A stretch of 64,000 nt of DNA from Rikenellaceae bacterium UBA1749 (GTDB taxonomy: Bacteria > Bacteroidota > Bacteroidia > Bacteroidales > Rikenellaceae), in assembly GCA_002315675.1 (NCBI GenBank), contig DCHP01000069.1, positions 921 through 64,920 of the forward strand. The letters are read 5' to 3'. The notes beneath the pieces were generated by a model that was not told the origin of the DNA, ran no database searches, and saw only the letters and a list, made by a program, of their open reading frames with translations. Shown here piece after piece: positions 1 through 10,534 of the stretch (its first letter is position 1; every line of letters begins with the position of its first letter). The translations under genes and the position numbers were made by a program.

Positions 1-2
1 AT

Positions 3-341
3 AGCGTGGCAGGAGCATCAGACGATAGGGAAAACGCAGAACTTGTGCAATTCATTTGCAGATGTTTCATGGAACTTCCATATGGGATCATGATACCAAA
101 CGACCTGTATAGTGTTGTCTTGGATCTATGCCGGCCCACTGACCATAATATAAAGGAGCCTGCACCATTAAACGACGAGAACTCACTTCAGAGCATGATT
201 CTAAGTGATTCGTTTCCACGTGAATGGAACCTGAGATTCAGATTATGGGATAAAGGCAACATCTGCCTAAAAGGTGAATTCATTGACGGACGCTGGAAAA
301 GAAAACCGAGAAAAACCACCGGACGTGATTTCTTCTTATAG
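3..341 (+). CDS. Probable 3' end of a hypothetical protein (frame open to window edge)
   Basis: Frame open from position 3 to TAG at 341; no recognisable motif. Confidence 0.35.
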   Translation, partial: SVAGASDDRENAELVQFICRCFMELPYGIMIPNDLYSVVLDLCRPTDHNIKEPAPLNDENSLQSMILSDSFPREWNLRFRLWDKGNICLKGEFIDGRWKRKPRKTTGRDFFL

Positions 342-469
342 TTCACGATATATATTTCTGCGCCCGGAGTTCCATACCTGATTTTCAATCAAATGCCTTA
401 TTAGCATAATGATGTAATGCTTTCAATACAACATCAGTACAAACAGCAGTAGACATACGATAGGCCACT

Positions 470-1369
470 CTAAAATTTCTTCCTGTAGTTCAAAGGGGAG
501 ACGCCGTGGGCCTTTTTGAAGAATTTTCCGAATGAGGACTGATCCGAAAATCCAAGTTCCTGGGCAATCTGCTGAATGGATATTTTTGGTGTCCTCAGCA
601 TAACTATTGCTTCAGTTACTATCATATCCGAAATTACCTTGCTTGCACTTACACCAAGAAGAGTTCTGGTGGATTTTGTAAGATACTGCGCAGAAATGCA
701 AAGTTTATCAGCATAGAACGATACTGAATGTTCCTTCTTGTAGTTAGCGTATAGAAGGTTTGAAAAATCCTGAATAATATCCCTTTTTCTGTCATTCTTG
801 GGCTTTGATGTTCCGATGTACTTGGGAATGATGATATTCATAAGTTCCATCAGAAATGCCACTACAGAGACATAGAGTATTTGGACACGCAGTTCTGCAT
901 TTGTACGATATATGTTTTCTTCCACCTTGTCCAGCATTTCCATGGCAAGTTCCTTTTCTTCCGAACTAAGATGAAGTGCAGGTTTGTCCCTCATTGCTAT
1001 GACATTTGTAATGGGCATCATCTGGGGCCCATTGGCTTCCGATGTTCGGTATGGTATGAGTCTTGAGATGAATTTACGGGAAAGTATCAGGCAATCTGCC
1101 GAAAAGTCCCTGTTGATTTTAATATGACCGATCTTGTTGAACTTGCCGATAATGACAATATTATTATCCTTATAGTTTACGTGGTGACTTTTGTAGTCTA
1201 TTTCCGTTTCTGCAGAGCCGCTTCTTACCAGTATGATAATTGCCATTTTTGCCAACTGGTCGAACATTGCACCTGCCAGATTCACATTTTGCATATTGGA
1301 GTCAATGTGTGTTACAAGAACACCATCACCATTTATAAGAATATTATTTGCTTCATCAATAGTTAACAT
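470..1369 (-). CDS. AraC-family transcriptional regulator
   Basis: C-terminal double HTH (SVSFYADKLCISAQYL; IQQIAQELGFSDQSSFGKFFKK); divergent from RND operon. Confidence 0.93.
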   Translation of the reverse strand: MLTIDEANNILINGDGVLVTHIDSNMQNVNLAGAMFDQLAKMAIIILVRSGSAETEIDYKSHHVNYKDNNIVIIGKFNKIGHIKINRDFSADCLILSRKFISRLIPYRTSEANGPQMMPITNVIAMRDKPALHLSSEEKELAMEMLDKVEENIYRTNAELRVQILYVSVVAFLMELMNIIIPKYIGTSKPKNDRKRDIIQDFSNLLYANYKKEHSVSFYADKLCISAQYLTKSTRTLLGVSASKVISDMIVTEAIVMLRTPKISIQQIAQELGFSDQSSFGKFFKKAHGVSPLNYRKKF

Positions 1370-1373
1370 ACGG

Positions 1374-1381
1374 CAAATCTA
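1374..1381 (-). promoter_or_regulatory. Bacteroidetes -7 element (TAGATTTG) for the AraC gene
   Basis: Exact TAnnTTTG 4 nt upstream of the ATG. Confidence 0.55.
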
Positions 1382-1592
1382 AACAATATTTGCAAAAAAC
1401 GATACTAAATAAATAATAGAATCACACATGTTTGTGCGAAAATCAACAAATAGCATAAATACGAATTACTTCCACATCATTGGATCAAATAGAATTTTGT
1501 ATCGATTTGGACCAATTTTGACTAATATTGCTATTGTTCTTTAATCATATTTGTATTTCCTTTGCATCGGTAAATTTAGGAACTGAAAAAAA

Positions 1593-2921
1593 ATGACAAA
1601 ACTTAGAATTACGTTATTGACAGCAGTGGCACTGACAATCATGCCGTTTACTGCCAAATCACAGACTAATGACACGATAAGCCTTTCACTGGATGATTGC
1701 CTGGAAATTGCCCTTTCCGAGAATCTCAGTGTAAAGATCGCTGACCAAGAAATCGAGAAACAATCCTATTCAAGGAAAAGCACATATTCATCACTATACC
1801 CTCAGATTGACATTAATGGCGGATACCAGAGAACCCTGAAAAAACAGGTTATGAGTATGGAACAGAACGGGCAGCAGATATCAGTTACCGTTGGTAGAAA
1901 CAACAATTGGAGCGGTACACTCGGAGCATCCATGCCACTTGTAAACTCACAGCTCTGGAAAACACTTCAGATTTCAGACCTTGACATTGATCTTGCTGTT
2001 GAAAAGTCACGCGGTTCAAGGCTTGATATGATAAACGTCGTAACAGAATGTTACTACACTGTTCTCCTTTCAGTAAAATCATGTGAAATTCTTACAATCG
2101 CCCTTAACAATGCGAAAGAGAATTATGAAAATGTAAAGCACAGATATGAACTAGGCCTTTCATCAGAATATGACATGATTCGTTCAAATGTTGAAGTCTC
2201 AAGTTTCGAACCACAGGTCTTCAGCGCCCAGAATGCTATTGAACTTGCAAAATGGCAATTGAAGGCAGTAATTGGAATGGACCTTGACAAGCCTATCAAA
2301 TGCAAGGGAGACCTGGAAGAATACAAATCTATTATTCATAGTGAAATCGAACAGGATTTCTCTCTTGAGAACAATACAACCATGCGTCAGTTTGACATCC
2401 AGCTGGATCAGATGGCAAAGACCGTACAACTCTACAAACGGGCATATATTCCGACACTGTCTCTACAATACCAGTACCAGATATACGCAATGGAGAATTA
2501 TTACGATTTTGCAAATTATAATTGGATACCATATTCAACAGCCGCACTTGGACTGAATATTCCAATCTTCTCCGGTATGAAAAAAATGAACGACATACGC
2601 AAGACCAAGGTTCAGGAGAACCAGTTGAAGATTCAGAAGGAAGATACCCAGCGCGAATTGTATGTGGCTGCAAAACAGATTATTTCAACAATGGAAACAA
2701 ATGTAAAGAAATATGATGCAGCAAACGCAACCGTTGACCAGGCTATCCGCGGTTATGAAATATCCAAGAAAAGATATGACACGGGAAAAGGAACAATCCT
2801 TGAAGTAAATGACTCACGTCTTGCAGCCATTGAAGCTCGTCTTAACCTTGACGAGGCTATTTACAACTACCTTGTCGCCAAGGCGTCACTTGACAAGATC
2901 ATTGGTTCCGCCATTGAATAA
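1593..2921 (+). CDS. TolC-family outer membrane efflux protein
   Basis: Signal peptide, LSLDDCLEIAL N-terminus, two OEP-like repeats, first gene of RND operon. Confidence 0.92.
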   Translation: MTKLRITLLTAVALTIMPFTAKSQTNDTISLSLDDCLEIALSENLSVKIADQEIEKQSYSRKSTYSSLYPQIDINGGYQRTLKKQVMSMEQNGQQISVTVGRNNNWSGTLGASMPLVNSQLWKTLQISDLDIDLAVEKSRGSRLDMINVVTECYYTVLLSVKSCEILTIALNNAKENYENVKHRYELGLSSEYDMIRSNVEVSSFEPQVFSAQNAIELAKWQLKAVIGMDLDKPIKCKGDLEEYKSIIHSEIEQDFSLENNTTMRQFDIQLDQMAKTVQLYKRAYIPTLSLQYQYQIYAMENYYDFANYNWIPYSTAALGLNIPIFSGMKKMNDIRKTKVQENQLKIQKEDTQRELYVAAKQIISTMETNVKKYDAANATVDQAIRGYEISKKRYDTGKGTILEVNDSRLAAIEARLNLDEAIYNYLVAKASLDKIIGSAIE

Positions 2922-2978
2922 TACAAATTACTATCATAGCCACTTTTGACAATCATGATAAAAATACAATACATAAAT

Positions 2979-4004
2979 ATGAAAAAGATATTAAAGTACG
3001 TTCCGTTTGTACTTGCAGGAACTTTGATTTCATGCGGTTCCTCCACTGAGGCAACCAAACAGGTCCAGAACGCTGACACTACTGTAACAGTTGAAGCAAC
3101 AAAAGTATTCAAGGAAAGTGTTGAGCAGATCAACTCATTCACCGCTACTGTCGAGGCCAAAACAGTCAATAATATAAGTCCTAACATGAATATCCGTATA
3201 AGCAAAATCAATGTTGAAGTCGGTGATCACGTAAGGAAAGGTCAGACACTGGTTGTTATGGATCTTGCAAACCTGGAACAGAGAAGGTACCAGATGGTAA
3301 ATGACTCACTGGAATTTGAACGTATTGACGAACTATACAAAGTTGGAGGCGTTTCCAAATCTGACAGGGACAAGATGAAGCTGGCATTCGATATTTCAAA
3401 GACAACATTCAACAACCTGAATGAAAATACCCGTCTTCTAAGTCCTATCGATGGTATTGTCACTGCAAGGAACTATGATAACGGAGATATGTACAAGGTC
3501 GATCCTATCATAGTCATCGAACAGATCAAGCCTGTCAAACTGATGGTAAATGTTTCCGAAGCACTTTTCAAGGACATCAAGACCGGCATGCTTGTCGACA
3601 TTACTCTTGACGTATACGGAGAAGAAAAATTCCTTGGAAAGGTTGTCCTTATCCACCCTACAGTCAACAGTCAGACTCACACTTTCCAGGCTGAAATCAA
3701 TATTGAAAACCAGGACGAAAGAGTACGTCCAGGTATGTTTGCCAGGGTTTCAATGGTCTCTTCAGTTCAGAACCACGTAGTAGTCCCAGACCAGTCCATC
3801 CAGAAACTTACAGGTTCCGGCGACCGTTATGTGTATGTCGAGGAAGAGGGAAGAGCTGTCATCAAGAAAGTAGTTCTTGGCAGACGTATGGGAAACAGAT
3901 ATGAGATAATGTCTGGACTTGAAGATGGGGACATTGTAATTACAACTGCTCAAAATCGTCTTCAGAACGGGAAACAAGTCAACGTAAAATTAACTGAAAA
4001 CTAA
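2979..4004 (+). CDS. RND efflux periplasmic adaptor (lipoprotein)
   Basis: Lipobox LISC; VEVGDHVRKGQ and SPIDGIV lipoyl halves, RPGMFA; ATG at 2979 preferred over the upstream TTG. Confidence 0.93.
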   Translation: MKKILKYVPFVLAGTLISCGSSTEATKQVQNADTTVTVEATKVFKESVEQINSFTATVEAKTVNNISPNMNIRISKINVEVGDHVRKGQTLVVMDLANLEQRRYQMVNDSLEFERIDELYKVGGVSKSDRDKMKLAFDISKTTFNNLNENTRLLSPIDGIVTARNYDNGDMYKVDPIIVIEQIKPVKLMVNVSEALFKDIKTGMLVDITLDVYGEEKFLGKVVLIHPTVNSQTHTFQAEINIENQDERVRPGMFARVSMVSSVQNHVVVPDQSIQKLTGSGDRYVYVEEEGRAVIKKVVLGRRMGNRYEIMSGLEDGDIVITTAQNRLQNGKQVNVKLTEN

Positions 4005-4006
4005 TT

Positions 4007-7000
4007 ATGAGTCTATATCAATCATCAGTAAACAAACCGGTAACAACAATATTGATATTTGTTGCTATTGCCATACTTGGTCTGTTCTCACTGATAAAGC
4101 TTCCCGTCAATCTGATTCCAGACATTGATACCAATACCATCATGGTAATGACATCATATGCAGGAGCTTCAGCAGAAGATATTGAGAACAACGTAACAAA
4201 ACCACTTGAGAGTATTCTAAATGGTGTAAGTGACCTTAAACATATCACATCTCAGTCAAAGGAAAACATTTCAATAGTAACTCTGGAATTCAATTACGGA
4301 GAGGATATTGATATCCTTACTAATGACGTCAGGGACAAATTGGACATGTTAACTACCCTTCCTGATGAATGCGGAAATCCTATCATCTTCAAGTTCGGTG
4401 CTGACGATATTCCTATTATCATGCTTTCTGCAACTGCAAATGAAAGTATGACAGGTCTCTACAAGATTCTGGATGATGGCGTTTCATCTCCGCTTGCCCG
4501 TATCAAGGGGGTCGGTGCCGTATCCATAATGGGTGCTCCGGAGAGGGAGATCCAGATATACTGCGACCCATACAAGCTGGAAGCATATAATCTGAGCATT
4601 GAACAGATAGCCCAAATTGTCGCCCAGGAGAATAGAAACCTGCCTGCAGGTAATATTGATATCGGATCCAACACTTATTCAATGCGTGTTGAACAGGAGT
4701 TCAATGATGCCAGCGAAATGCTGGATATAGTTGTGGGTCACAAAGATGGCGCTGCAGTCTATCTTCGTGATGTAGCAACTGTTGATGACAGATTACAGGA
4801 AAGATCTCAGGAATCCTTTACCAACAAGGTACAGGGAGCCATGATCGTTATCCAGAAGCAGTCCGGTGCCAACTCCGTGGAAATTGCGAACAAAATTCAC
4901 GAGAAGCTTCCCAGTCTTCAGAAGAACCTGCCTTCAGACGTAAAACTTAATGTAATTGTAGATACATCCGAGAACATTGTCAACACTATCAATGCTTTGA
5001 AGGAAACAATCATCATTACATTCATCCTTGTAATGTTTGTCGTATTCGTCTTCCTTGGAAGATGGAGAGCAACATTCATCATTATCCTTTCTATTCCTAT
5101 CGCACTTCTTGGATCATTCATATACCTGTTTGCATCAGGCAACACCCTGAATATCATTTCACTTAGTTCCCTGTCCATTGCAATCGGTATGGTAGTTGAT
5201 GACGCCATCGTTGTTCTTGAAAATATCACAACTCACATTGAAAAAGGAAGCCGTCCTAAGCAGGCAGCAGTATTTGCTACAAGCGAGGTGTCCATTTCAG
5301 TTATCGCATCAACACTGACAATGCTGGCTGTATTCCTGCCTCTTACACTTATCACGGGTATGGCAGGTGTTCTGTTCCGTCAACTGGGATGGATTGTGAG
5401 CATTATCATGATTATTTCAACTACTGCGGCACTATCGCTTGTTCCAATGCTCTGCGCATATATGTTGAAACTAAATCCGAAACAGACAAAAATTCATAAA
5501 ATACTGTTTACCCCTATTGACAAAGGACTGAATTCCTTAAGCAACGGTTACGGAAAGGCTGTTGACTGGGCTGCACGCCATAGAGGTACGACAGTTCTGA
5601 TTGCCGCAGTCTTTTTCGCACTGACTCTTGTACTGACCCTTCCACATCTGAAGACAGAGTATTTCCCTACTCAGGATAATGCCCGTCTTTCTGTTACCAT
5701 AGAACTTCCGGTGGGCACACGACAGGATATAACAAGGGATCTTGCTCTTGAACTTGCAGACAGAATCAGTTCTTCTGTTCCTGAAATCAGATGTCTGAAC
5801 ATTAGGGAAGGACAGGCAGACTCTGAGAACACCATTGCATCCATGCAGTCAAATGGTACTCACATTATTTCAATGAATATTTCCCTTATCAGTGTTACAA
5901 AACGAAAGAGAGGACTTATTGAAATCGGTGAAGTTGTCAGGGATATTTTAAGGGAATATTCCCAGATCAAGAAATTCAACGTAATAGAAGGTGGGCAATC
6001 CGGTGGTGTCGGTGGACAGAATGCAGTTCAGGTCGACATCTATGGTTACAGCTTTGAAAAAACTGATGCTGTCGCAGCGGACCTTGCAGCAAGACTTCGG
6101 AATGTACCTTCATGTACACAGGTAAATATTAGCCGTGATGAATATGCACCAGAATATCAGGTTGAATTTGACAGGGAGAAACTGGCACTTAATGGTCTTA
6201 ATGTAACCACTGCTGCCCAGTATTTGAGAAACCGCATCAATGGTTCTATTGCATCATATTACAGGGAGGATGGTGAAGAGTATGACATACTTGTCAGATA
6301 TGACAAAAAGTATCGTGAATCCATAGAGGATATCGAAAACATTACAATCTACAATTCCCTTGGACAGGGTATCAAAGTACGTGACCTTGGAATTGTCAAG
6401 GAGACACTTACTCCTCCTACTATCACCCGTAAGGACCGTGAACGTTACCTGACAGTGACAGGTATTGTTGCAAAGGGATATGCTATGAGTGACCTTGTCG
6501 AGGATGCCGAAAAAGAACTTAACCAGATGGATATTCCACTTGGAATAACATGGGAGTTCGGTGGTACTTATGAAGATCAGAAGGATTCATTCCGAGATCT
6601 TGTCATTCTGATGACCTTGGTTCTCATACTTGTATTCATCGTGATGGCTGCACAGTTTGAATCTTTGATTTCACCTTTTGTAATCATGTTCTCCGTTCCA
6701 TTCGGGTTCTCCGGTGTATTCATCGGTCTGGTTTCAACCGGTTCGCCACTTGGAATCATGGGTATGATCGGTCTTCTGATGCTACTTGGTATAGTTGTTA
6801 AGAATGGTATCGTACTTATCGATTATACAATACTTTGCCGTGAAAGAGGCATGGGTATCATCAGATCAGTAACCGAAGCCGGACGTTCACGTCTCCGTCC
6901 TGTACTTATGACAACACTTACAACAGTTCTTGGTATGTTCCCTCTTGCATTCGGTACTGGTGAAGGTGCTGAAATGTGGAGATCGATGGGATTGACCATG

Positions 7001-7147
7001 ATCTTCGGTCTGTCATTGTCAACACTTGTTACACTTATTCTTGTACCTGTCGTATATAGTATATTTTCAGGTGTCGGAGTACGGAAAGAACGTAAAAAGG
7101 AAATCAAGAAAATTAAAAGAGCCGCACTTATGGCTGCAAACAATTAA
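4007..7147 (+). CDS. RND efflux permease (AcrB/AcrD/AcrF family)
   Basis: 1046 aa; GMVVDDAIVVLENI, GIVVKNGIVLID, RLRPVLMT motifs. Confidence 0.96.
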   Translation: MSLYQSSVNKPVTTILIFVAIAILGLFSLIKLPVNLIPDIDTNTIMVMTSYAGASAEDIENNVTKPLESILNGVSDLKHITSQSKENISIVTLEFNYGEDIDILTNDVRDKLDMLTTLPDECGNPIIFKFGADDIPIIMLSATANESMTGLYKILDDGVSSPLARIKGVGAVSIMGAPEREIQIYCDPYKLEAYNLSIEQIAQIVAQENRNLPAGNIDIGSNTYSMRVEQEFNDASEMLDIVVGHKDGAAVYLRDVATVDDRLQERSQESFTNKVQGAMIVIQKQSGANSVEIANKIHEKLPSLQKNLPSDVKLNVIVDTSENIVNTINALKETIIITFILVMFVVFVFLGRWRATFIIILSIPIALLGSFIYLFASGNTLNIISLSSLSIAIGMVVDDAIVVLENITTHIEKGSRPKQAAVFATSEVSISVIASTLTMLAVFLPLTLITGMAGVLFRQLGWIVSIIMIISTTAALSLVPMLCAYMLKLNPKQTKIHKILFTPIDKGLNSLSNGYGKAVDWAARHRGTTVLIAAVFFALTLVLTLPHLKTEYFPTQDNARLSVTIELPVGTRQDITRDLALELADRISSSVPEIRCLNIREGQADSENTIASMQSNGTHIISMNISLISVTKRKRGLIEIGEVVRDILREYSQIKKFNVIEGGQSGGVGGQNAVQVDIYGYSFEKTDAVAADLAARLRNVPSCTQVNISRDEYAPEYQVEFDREKLALNGLNVTTAAQYLRNRINGSIASYYREDGEEYDILVRYDKKYRESIEDIENITIYNSLGQGIKVRDLGIVKETLTPPTITRKDRERYLTVTGIVAKGYAMSDLVEDAEKELNQMDIPLGITWEFGGTYEDQKDSFRDLVILMTLVLILVFIVMAAQFESLISPFVIMFSVPFGFSGVFIGLVSTGSPLGIMGMIGLLMLLGIVVKNGIVLIDYTILCRERGMGIIRSVTEAGRSRLRPVLMTTLTTVLGMFPLAFGTGEGAEMWRSMGLTMIFGLSLSTLVTLILVPVVYSIFSGVGVRKERKKEIKKIKRAALMAANN

Positions 7148-7164
7148 TCAATGAGGAAAGATAA

Positions 7165-7458
7165 ATGAAAGCAATATTCATATCATGTAGCCAGGCACAT
7201 TTTGAAGATGCCAGAACTATCCTAAATCAAAATGGCGCACGTGGTTATACATTCTGGACTGAACTTGGCGGACAGGGTTCTGTAAATGGAGAACCTCATT
7301 ACGGAGATCATACATGGCCACAATTAAATTCATCTATACTATCAATCGTCGAGGATCATCTGGTTGACAGAATACTTGACAAATTGCATAAACTTGATGA
7401 AAGTGCGCCGAAACAGGGACTCCGCGCATTTGTCTGGAATATAGAAAGGACGATATAA
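7165..7458 (+). CDS. P-II-like transporter-associated protein (PG0541-like)
   Basis: 97 aa; GYTFW..GQGS..GEPHYGDHTWP pattern; last gene of RND operon. Confidence 0.8.
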   Translation: MKAIFISCSQAHFEDARTILNQNGARGYTFWTELGGQGSVNGEPHYGDHTWPQLNSSILSIVEDHLVDRILDKLHKLDESAPKQGLRAFVWNIERTI

Positions 7459-7489
7459 CACTACGGAAGAAAGATAATTTTTTCATTTT

Positions 7490-7519
7490 GGGTCGGGTGG
7501 CTTGTCATCCGGCCCTTTT
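7490..7519 (+). terminator. Intrinsic terminator of RND operon
   Basis: GGGTCGGGTGGC/GTCATCCGGCCC stem followed by T-run. Confidence 0.75.
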
Positions 7520-7727
7520 CTTATTTATTTTAAGTACATTTGCTAGAACACTTAAACAATAAAATGACTCAATATTGTACCAAATAGAAACTGATACCCA
7601 ATTATGGGACATATATTATATCGTCCACAGCGATTACATTCCGTAAGTTCCCAAATAATGGGGTTGAGACGGTATGCTACAAATATTTAGGTAAAACATT
7701 AAGCATTCAAAAAAAATATTATTCATC

Positions 7728-9773
7728 ATGATTAAAATCAGGTTTACAGGCAAACTACCTATCATCGCACTACTTTTGATTCAGTGTAGTGTGGTATTTG
7801 GCAGAGAATTTCCAAAGGACAAGGGAATGTTTCCATTTGTTATTTCACTCTGTGACAGGAGCAGTTCCATTGCAACTGATTTAAGCGGACTTCTGGATGC
7901 TCCTGCAGGAAAGTATGGTTTTGTCAGAGTGGAAGGGGATCATTTTGCAACAGACAAGGGAATTATCAGATTCAACGCAACAAACCTTACGGCAGGTGCA
8001 AACTTTCCAACTCATGAACATGCCGAAAGACTGGCCAGGAGACTGGCACGATTTGGAATCAATTGCGTCAGACTTCATTATATGGACCATAGTTACGGAC
8101 CCGTATTTTTTGGAATGCCATCCGAACCTGGTATTTTCGCAAATGATGGTTCTGACCGCAATTTCGATTCTGTACTGCTTGACAGACTGGACTATCTGAT
8201 TTCCAAGTTCAAGGAAAACGGCATATATGTAAATGTCAACCTCCATGTAGACCGTGGATACAAGTTATTCAATGAAGTCAATCCGACATATCAGGAGAAA
8301 GAGAAAGAATATGCAAAAGACCTGCTGACACACATCAACCCTTACACAGGCATGTCACTAGCTGAAGATCCATGCGTTGCGCAGATAGAGCTTGACAATG
8401 AGGATTCGCTATTCTCCCACTATTCAGGCGGTTCGTTCCTTTTGAACGGATGGCCAAAAAGAGAACAGCTGAGGGATAGTCTATCCTACGAAGATAAGGT
8501 TGCTTTTCTCAACAAGTTGGAGAAAATAGAAAAGGATCACTGGAAAAGCCTGTACGACTATCTTAAAAATGAAATAGGGATAAAGGTTCCTATAACATCC
8601 ACCCAGACAGCATATTCATATCCATGGACTCTAACTGACATGGATTATTACGACAATCATGCATACTGGTGCCACCCTAGCCTTGGCATACATTGGAGTA
8701 TCGATAACCTGCCTATGGTTAACAATCCTGACGGAGGTTCTCTTACAAGACTTGCAAGAAGACATCTGGCAGGAAAGCCATATACCATATCTGAAATCAA
8801 CAACCCATATCCTATTTTCTACGGAGCCGAAGGACAACCGATGATTCACGCATTCGCGGCTTTTCAGGGATGGGATGGCGTATTTGCATATTCATGGTGC
8901 AACAGGCAAAATACAGAGCCCGAGATGGTTGATTACTTTTTCTCCTATGCAGCGCGCACGGATGCCATAGCCCATTTCATTTCATGTTCGGCAATGTTTC
9001 TTCGTGGAGATGTGAAGACTTCAGAAAATTGCCTTGAGCTACCTGTCAGCAGAGATGAATATCAGAAGGAATGGCTGAAACATTGCAACACACCATTTCC
9101 GACTCCTGAAAATGTCATTTCAAGATTGACAGATGGCAATATCAAGGCAGGAAGTTCCTTATTACACAGAACATCCATAAGGATGGATCCGGAGAAGATA
9201 GAGAAATTCCAGAAAGATTCAATCGGCACTACAAAAGTTTCAGACACAGGGGAAATCGAATGGAATCAGGATGACCCGAAAAAAGGAATATTTATTGTAC
9301 GTACAGAAAACAGCAAATTTTTCACAGGTTTTCCTGACGGAAGAACAATTGATCTTGGTAGTGGAATAAAGTTAAAAGTTGGAAAGACAAAACTTGGATG
9401 GGCGACCATTTCACTTACAAGTATCAAAGCAAATGGTTTTGAAAGTGGAAGCACCACCCTACTTGCAGCTACAGGATTTACCCATAACAGCGGTGCAAGA
9501 TTCAGCTCAGTCAAAGACAAGGATGGAAACCCTACTTCCAGGATATACTGCCGTGATCAGGACTGGGGACAAGCCCCTGTCATTACCGAAGGAATCAACG
9601 CCTGTATCGATTTACCTTCTTCACTGTCCAGCGAAAATGCTGAGTGCTGGGCTCTGGATGAAAAAGGTGAGCGTAAGTCAGAAGTGAGAATTCGGAAGCG
9701 GAAAGATAACTCTTCCTTCATTGAAATAAGCGAAAAGTATCAGACAATATGGTACGAGATTTCTGTCAGATAG
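7728..9773 (+). CDS. Secreted clan GH-A (GH5-like) glycoside hydrolase, substrate unknown
   Basis: Signal peptide; GINCVRLH, GIYVNVNLH, ELDNE (acid/base), HAYW, PYTISE (nucleophile). Confidence 0.7.
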   Translation: MIKIRFTGKLPIIALLLIQCSVVFGREFPKDKGMFPFVISLCDRSSSIATDLSGLLDAPAGKYGFVRVEGDHFATDKGIIRFNATNLTAGANFPTHEHAERLARRLARFGINCVRLHYMDHSYGPVFFGMPSEPGIFANDGSDRNFDSVLLDRLDYLISKFKENGIYVNVNLHVDRGYKLFNEVNPTYQEKEKEYAKDLLTHINPYTGMSLAEDPCVAQIELDNEDSLFSHYSGGSFLLNGWPKREQLRDSLSYEDKVAFLNKLEKIEKDHWKSLYDYLKNEIGIKVPITSTQTAYSYPWTLTDMDYYDNHAYWCHPSLGIHWSIDNLPMVNNPDGGSLTRLARRHLAGKPYTISEINNPYPIFYGAEGQPMIHAFAAFQGWDGVFAYSWCNRQNTEPEMVDYFFSYAARTDAIAHFISCSAMFLRGDVKTSENCLELPVSRDEYQKEWLKHCNTPFPTPENVISRLTDGNIKAGSSLLHRTSIRMDPEKIEKFQKDSIGTTKVSDTGEIEWNQDDPKKGIFIVRTENSKFFTGFPDGRTIDLGSGIKLKVGKTKLGWATISLTSIKANGFESGSTTLLAATGFTHNSGARFSSVKDKDGNPTSRIYCRDQDWGQAPVITEGINACIDLPSSLSSENAECWALDEKGERKSEVRIRKRKDNSSFIEISEKYQTIWYEISVR

Positions 9774-9777
9774 AACA

Positions 9778-9794
9778 TTGGCACAGTTATTGCA
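9778..9794 (+). promoter_or_regulatory. Sigma54-type -24/-12 promoter (TTGGCACAGTTATTGCA)
   Basis: Matches TGGCAC-N5-TTGC with exact GG-N10-GC spacing; upstream of hypothetical gene + djlA. Confidence 0.6.
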
Positions 9795-9819
9795 TCAATA
9801 GTATTAAGTTGCTATTATT

Positions 9820-9914
9820 GAGTCCACTTGAAAAAGTCCCAAAATTGAGAAACACCCCAATACGGAGGCCTGTACCAATTGTAATAACGACATAATATAC
9901 TTTCAAGCAGACTC
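9820..9914 (+). mobile_element. MITE family 1, diverged copy
   Basis: GAGTCCACTTGAAA..TTTCAAGCAGACTC ends; core TTGAGAAACACCCC; TSD not preserved. Confidence 0.85.
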
Positions 9915-9958
9915 TTGTATTGCTGATATTAAATCAATAGAAATTTAATTGAACTGAA

Positions 9959-10459
9959 ATGATGAGACTTAATGTTGATAAATGGGTTGCCCGTAACGGA
10001 TCAATAATTGAAGTAAGCTGGGATGCGACAGGAATGTCACGTCCTCAACTTATCATGAAAGTTGCCGGCAAGGAGACAATTATTGATGTTGACCTTGTAG
10101 GAAGCAAAAAATTCAGGTTGAACGGGACTTCTCATAGAAGGGACATTTCACTTTCTGCCATAGATGAAAAAGGGAAACAAAGACGTATAGACAGAAGTGT
10201 TTTCACATGGGGGAAGAGTAAAGACTCCAATGTCTATGACAGCTACACAAGGATATCACCGCTTGGAGAAAAACTGACATCATACGGACAAAGTGTCAAA
10301 AACATGTGGGAAAGATTCCCAAGAGAGAAGAGAAGACTATATATTATCTTGATTCTTTTGATGACAAGTCTTACATTTGTATCGGGTCATATTGAGCTGG
10401 CCAAGACCTGTATCATTGCCTCTATGGCCTACATTCTCTATATACTTATCAAAAGATAG
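9959..10459 (+). CDS. Hypothetical membrane protein (two C-terminal TM segments)
   Basis: 166-aa ORF with hydrophobic C-terminus. Confidence 0.7.
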   Translation: MMRLNVDKWVARNGSIIEVSWDATGMSRPQLIMKVAGKETIIDVDLVGSKKFRLNGTSHRRDISLSAIDEKGKQRRIDRSVFTWGKSKDSNVYDSYTRISPLGEKLTSYGQSVKNMWERFPREKRRLYIILILLMTSLTFVSGHIELAKTCIIASMAYILYILIKR

Positions 10460-10534
10460 AGATTGATATACATGCTATCACTAACTTATAATTTAAATTT
10501 TCTGATTTAGAGTTCGATATACTATTTCTACCAA

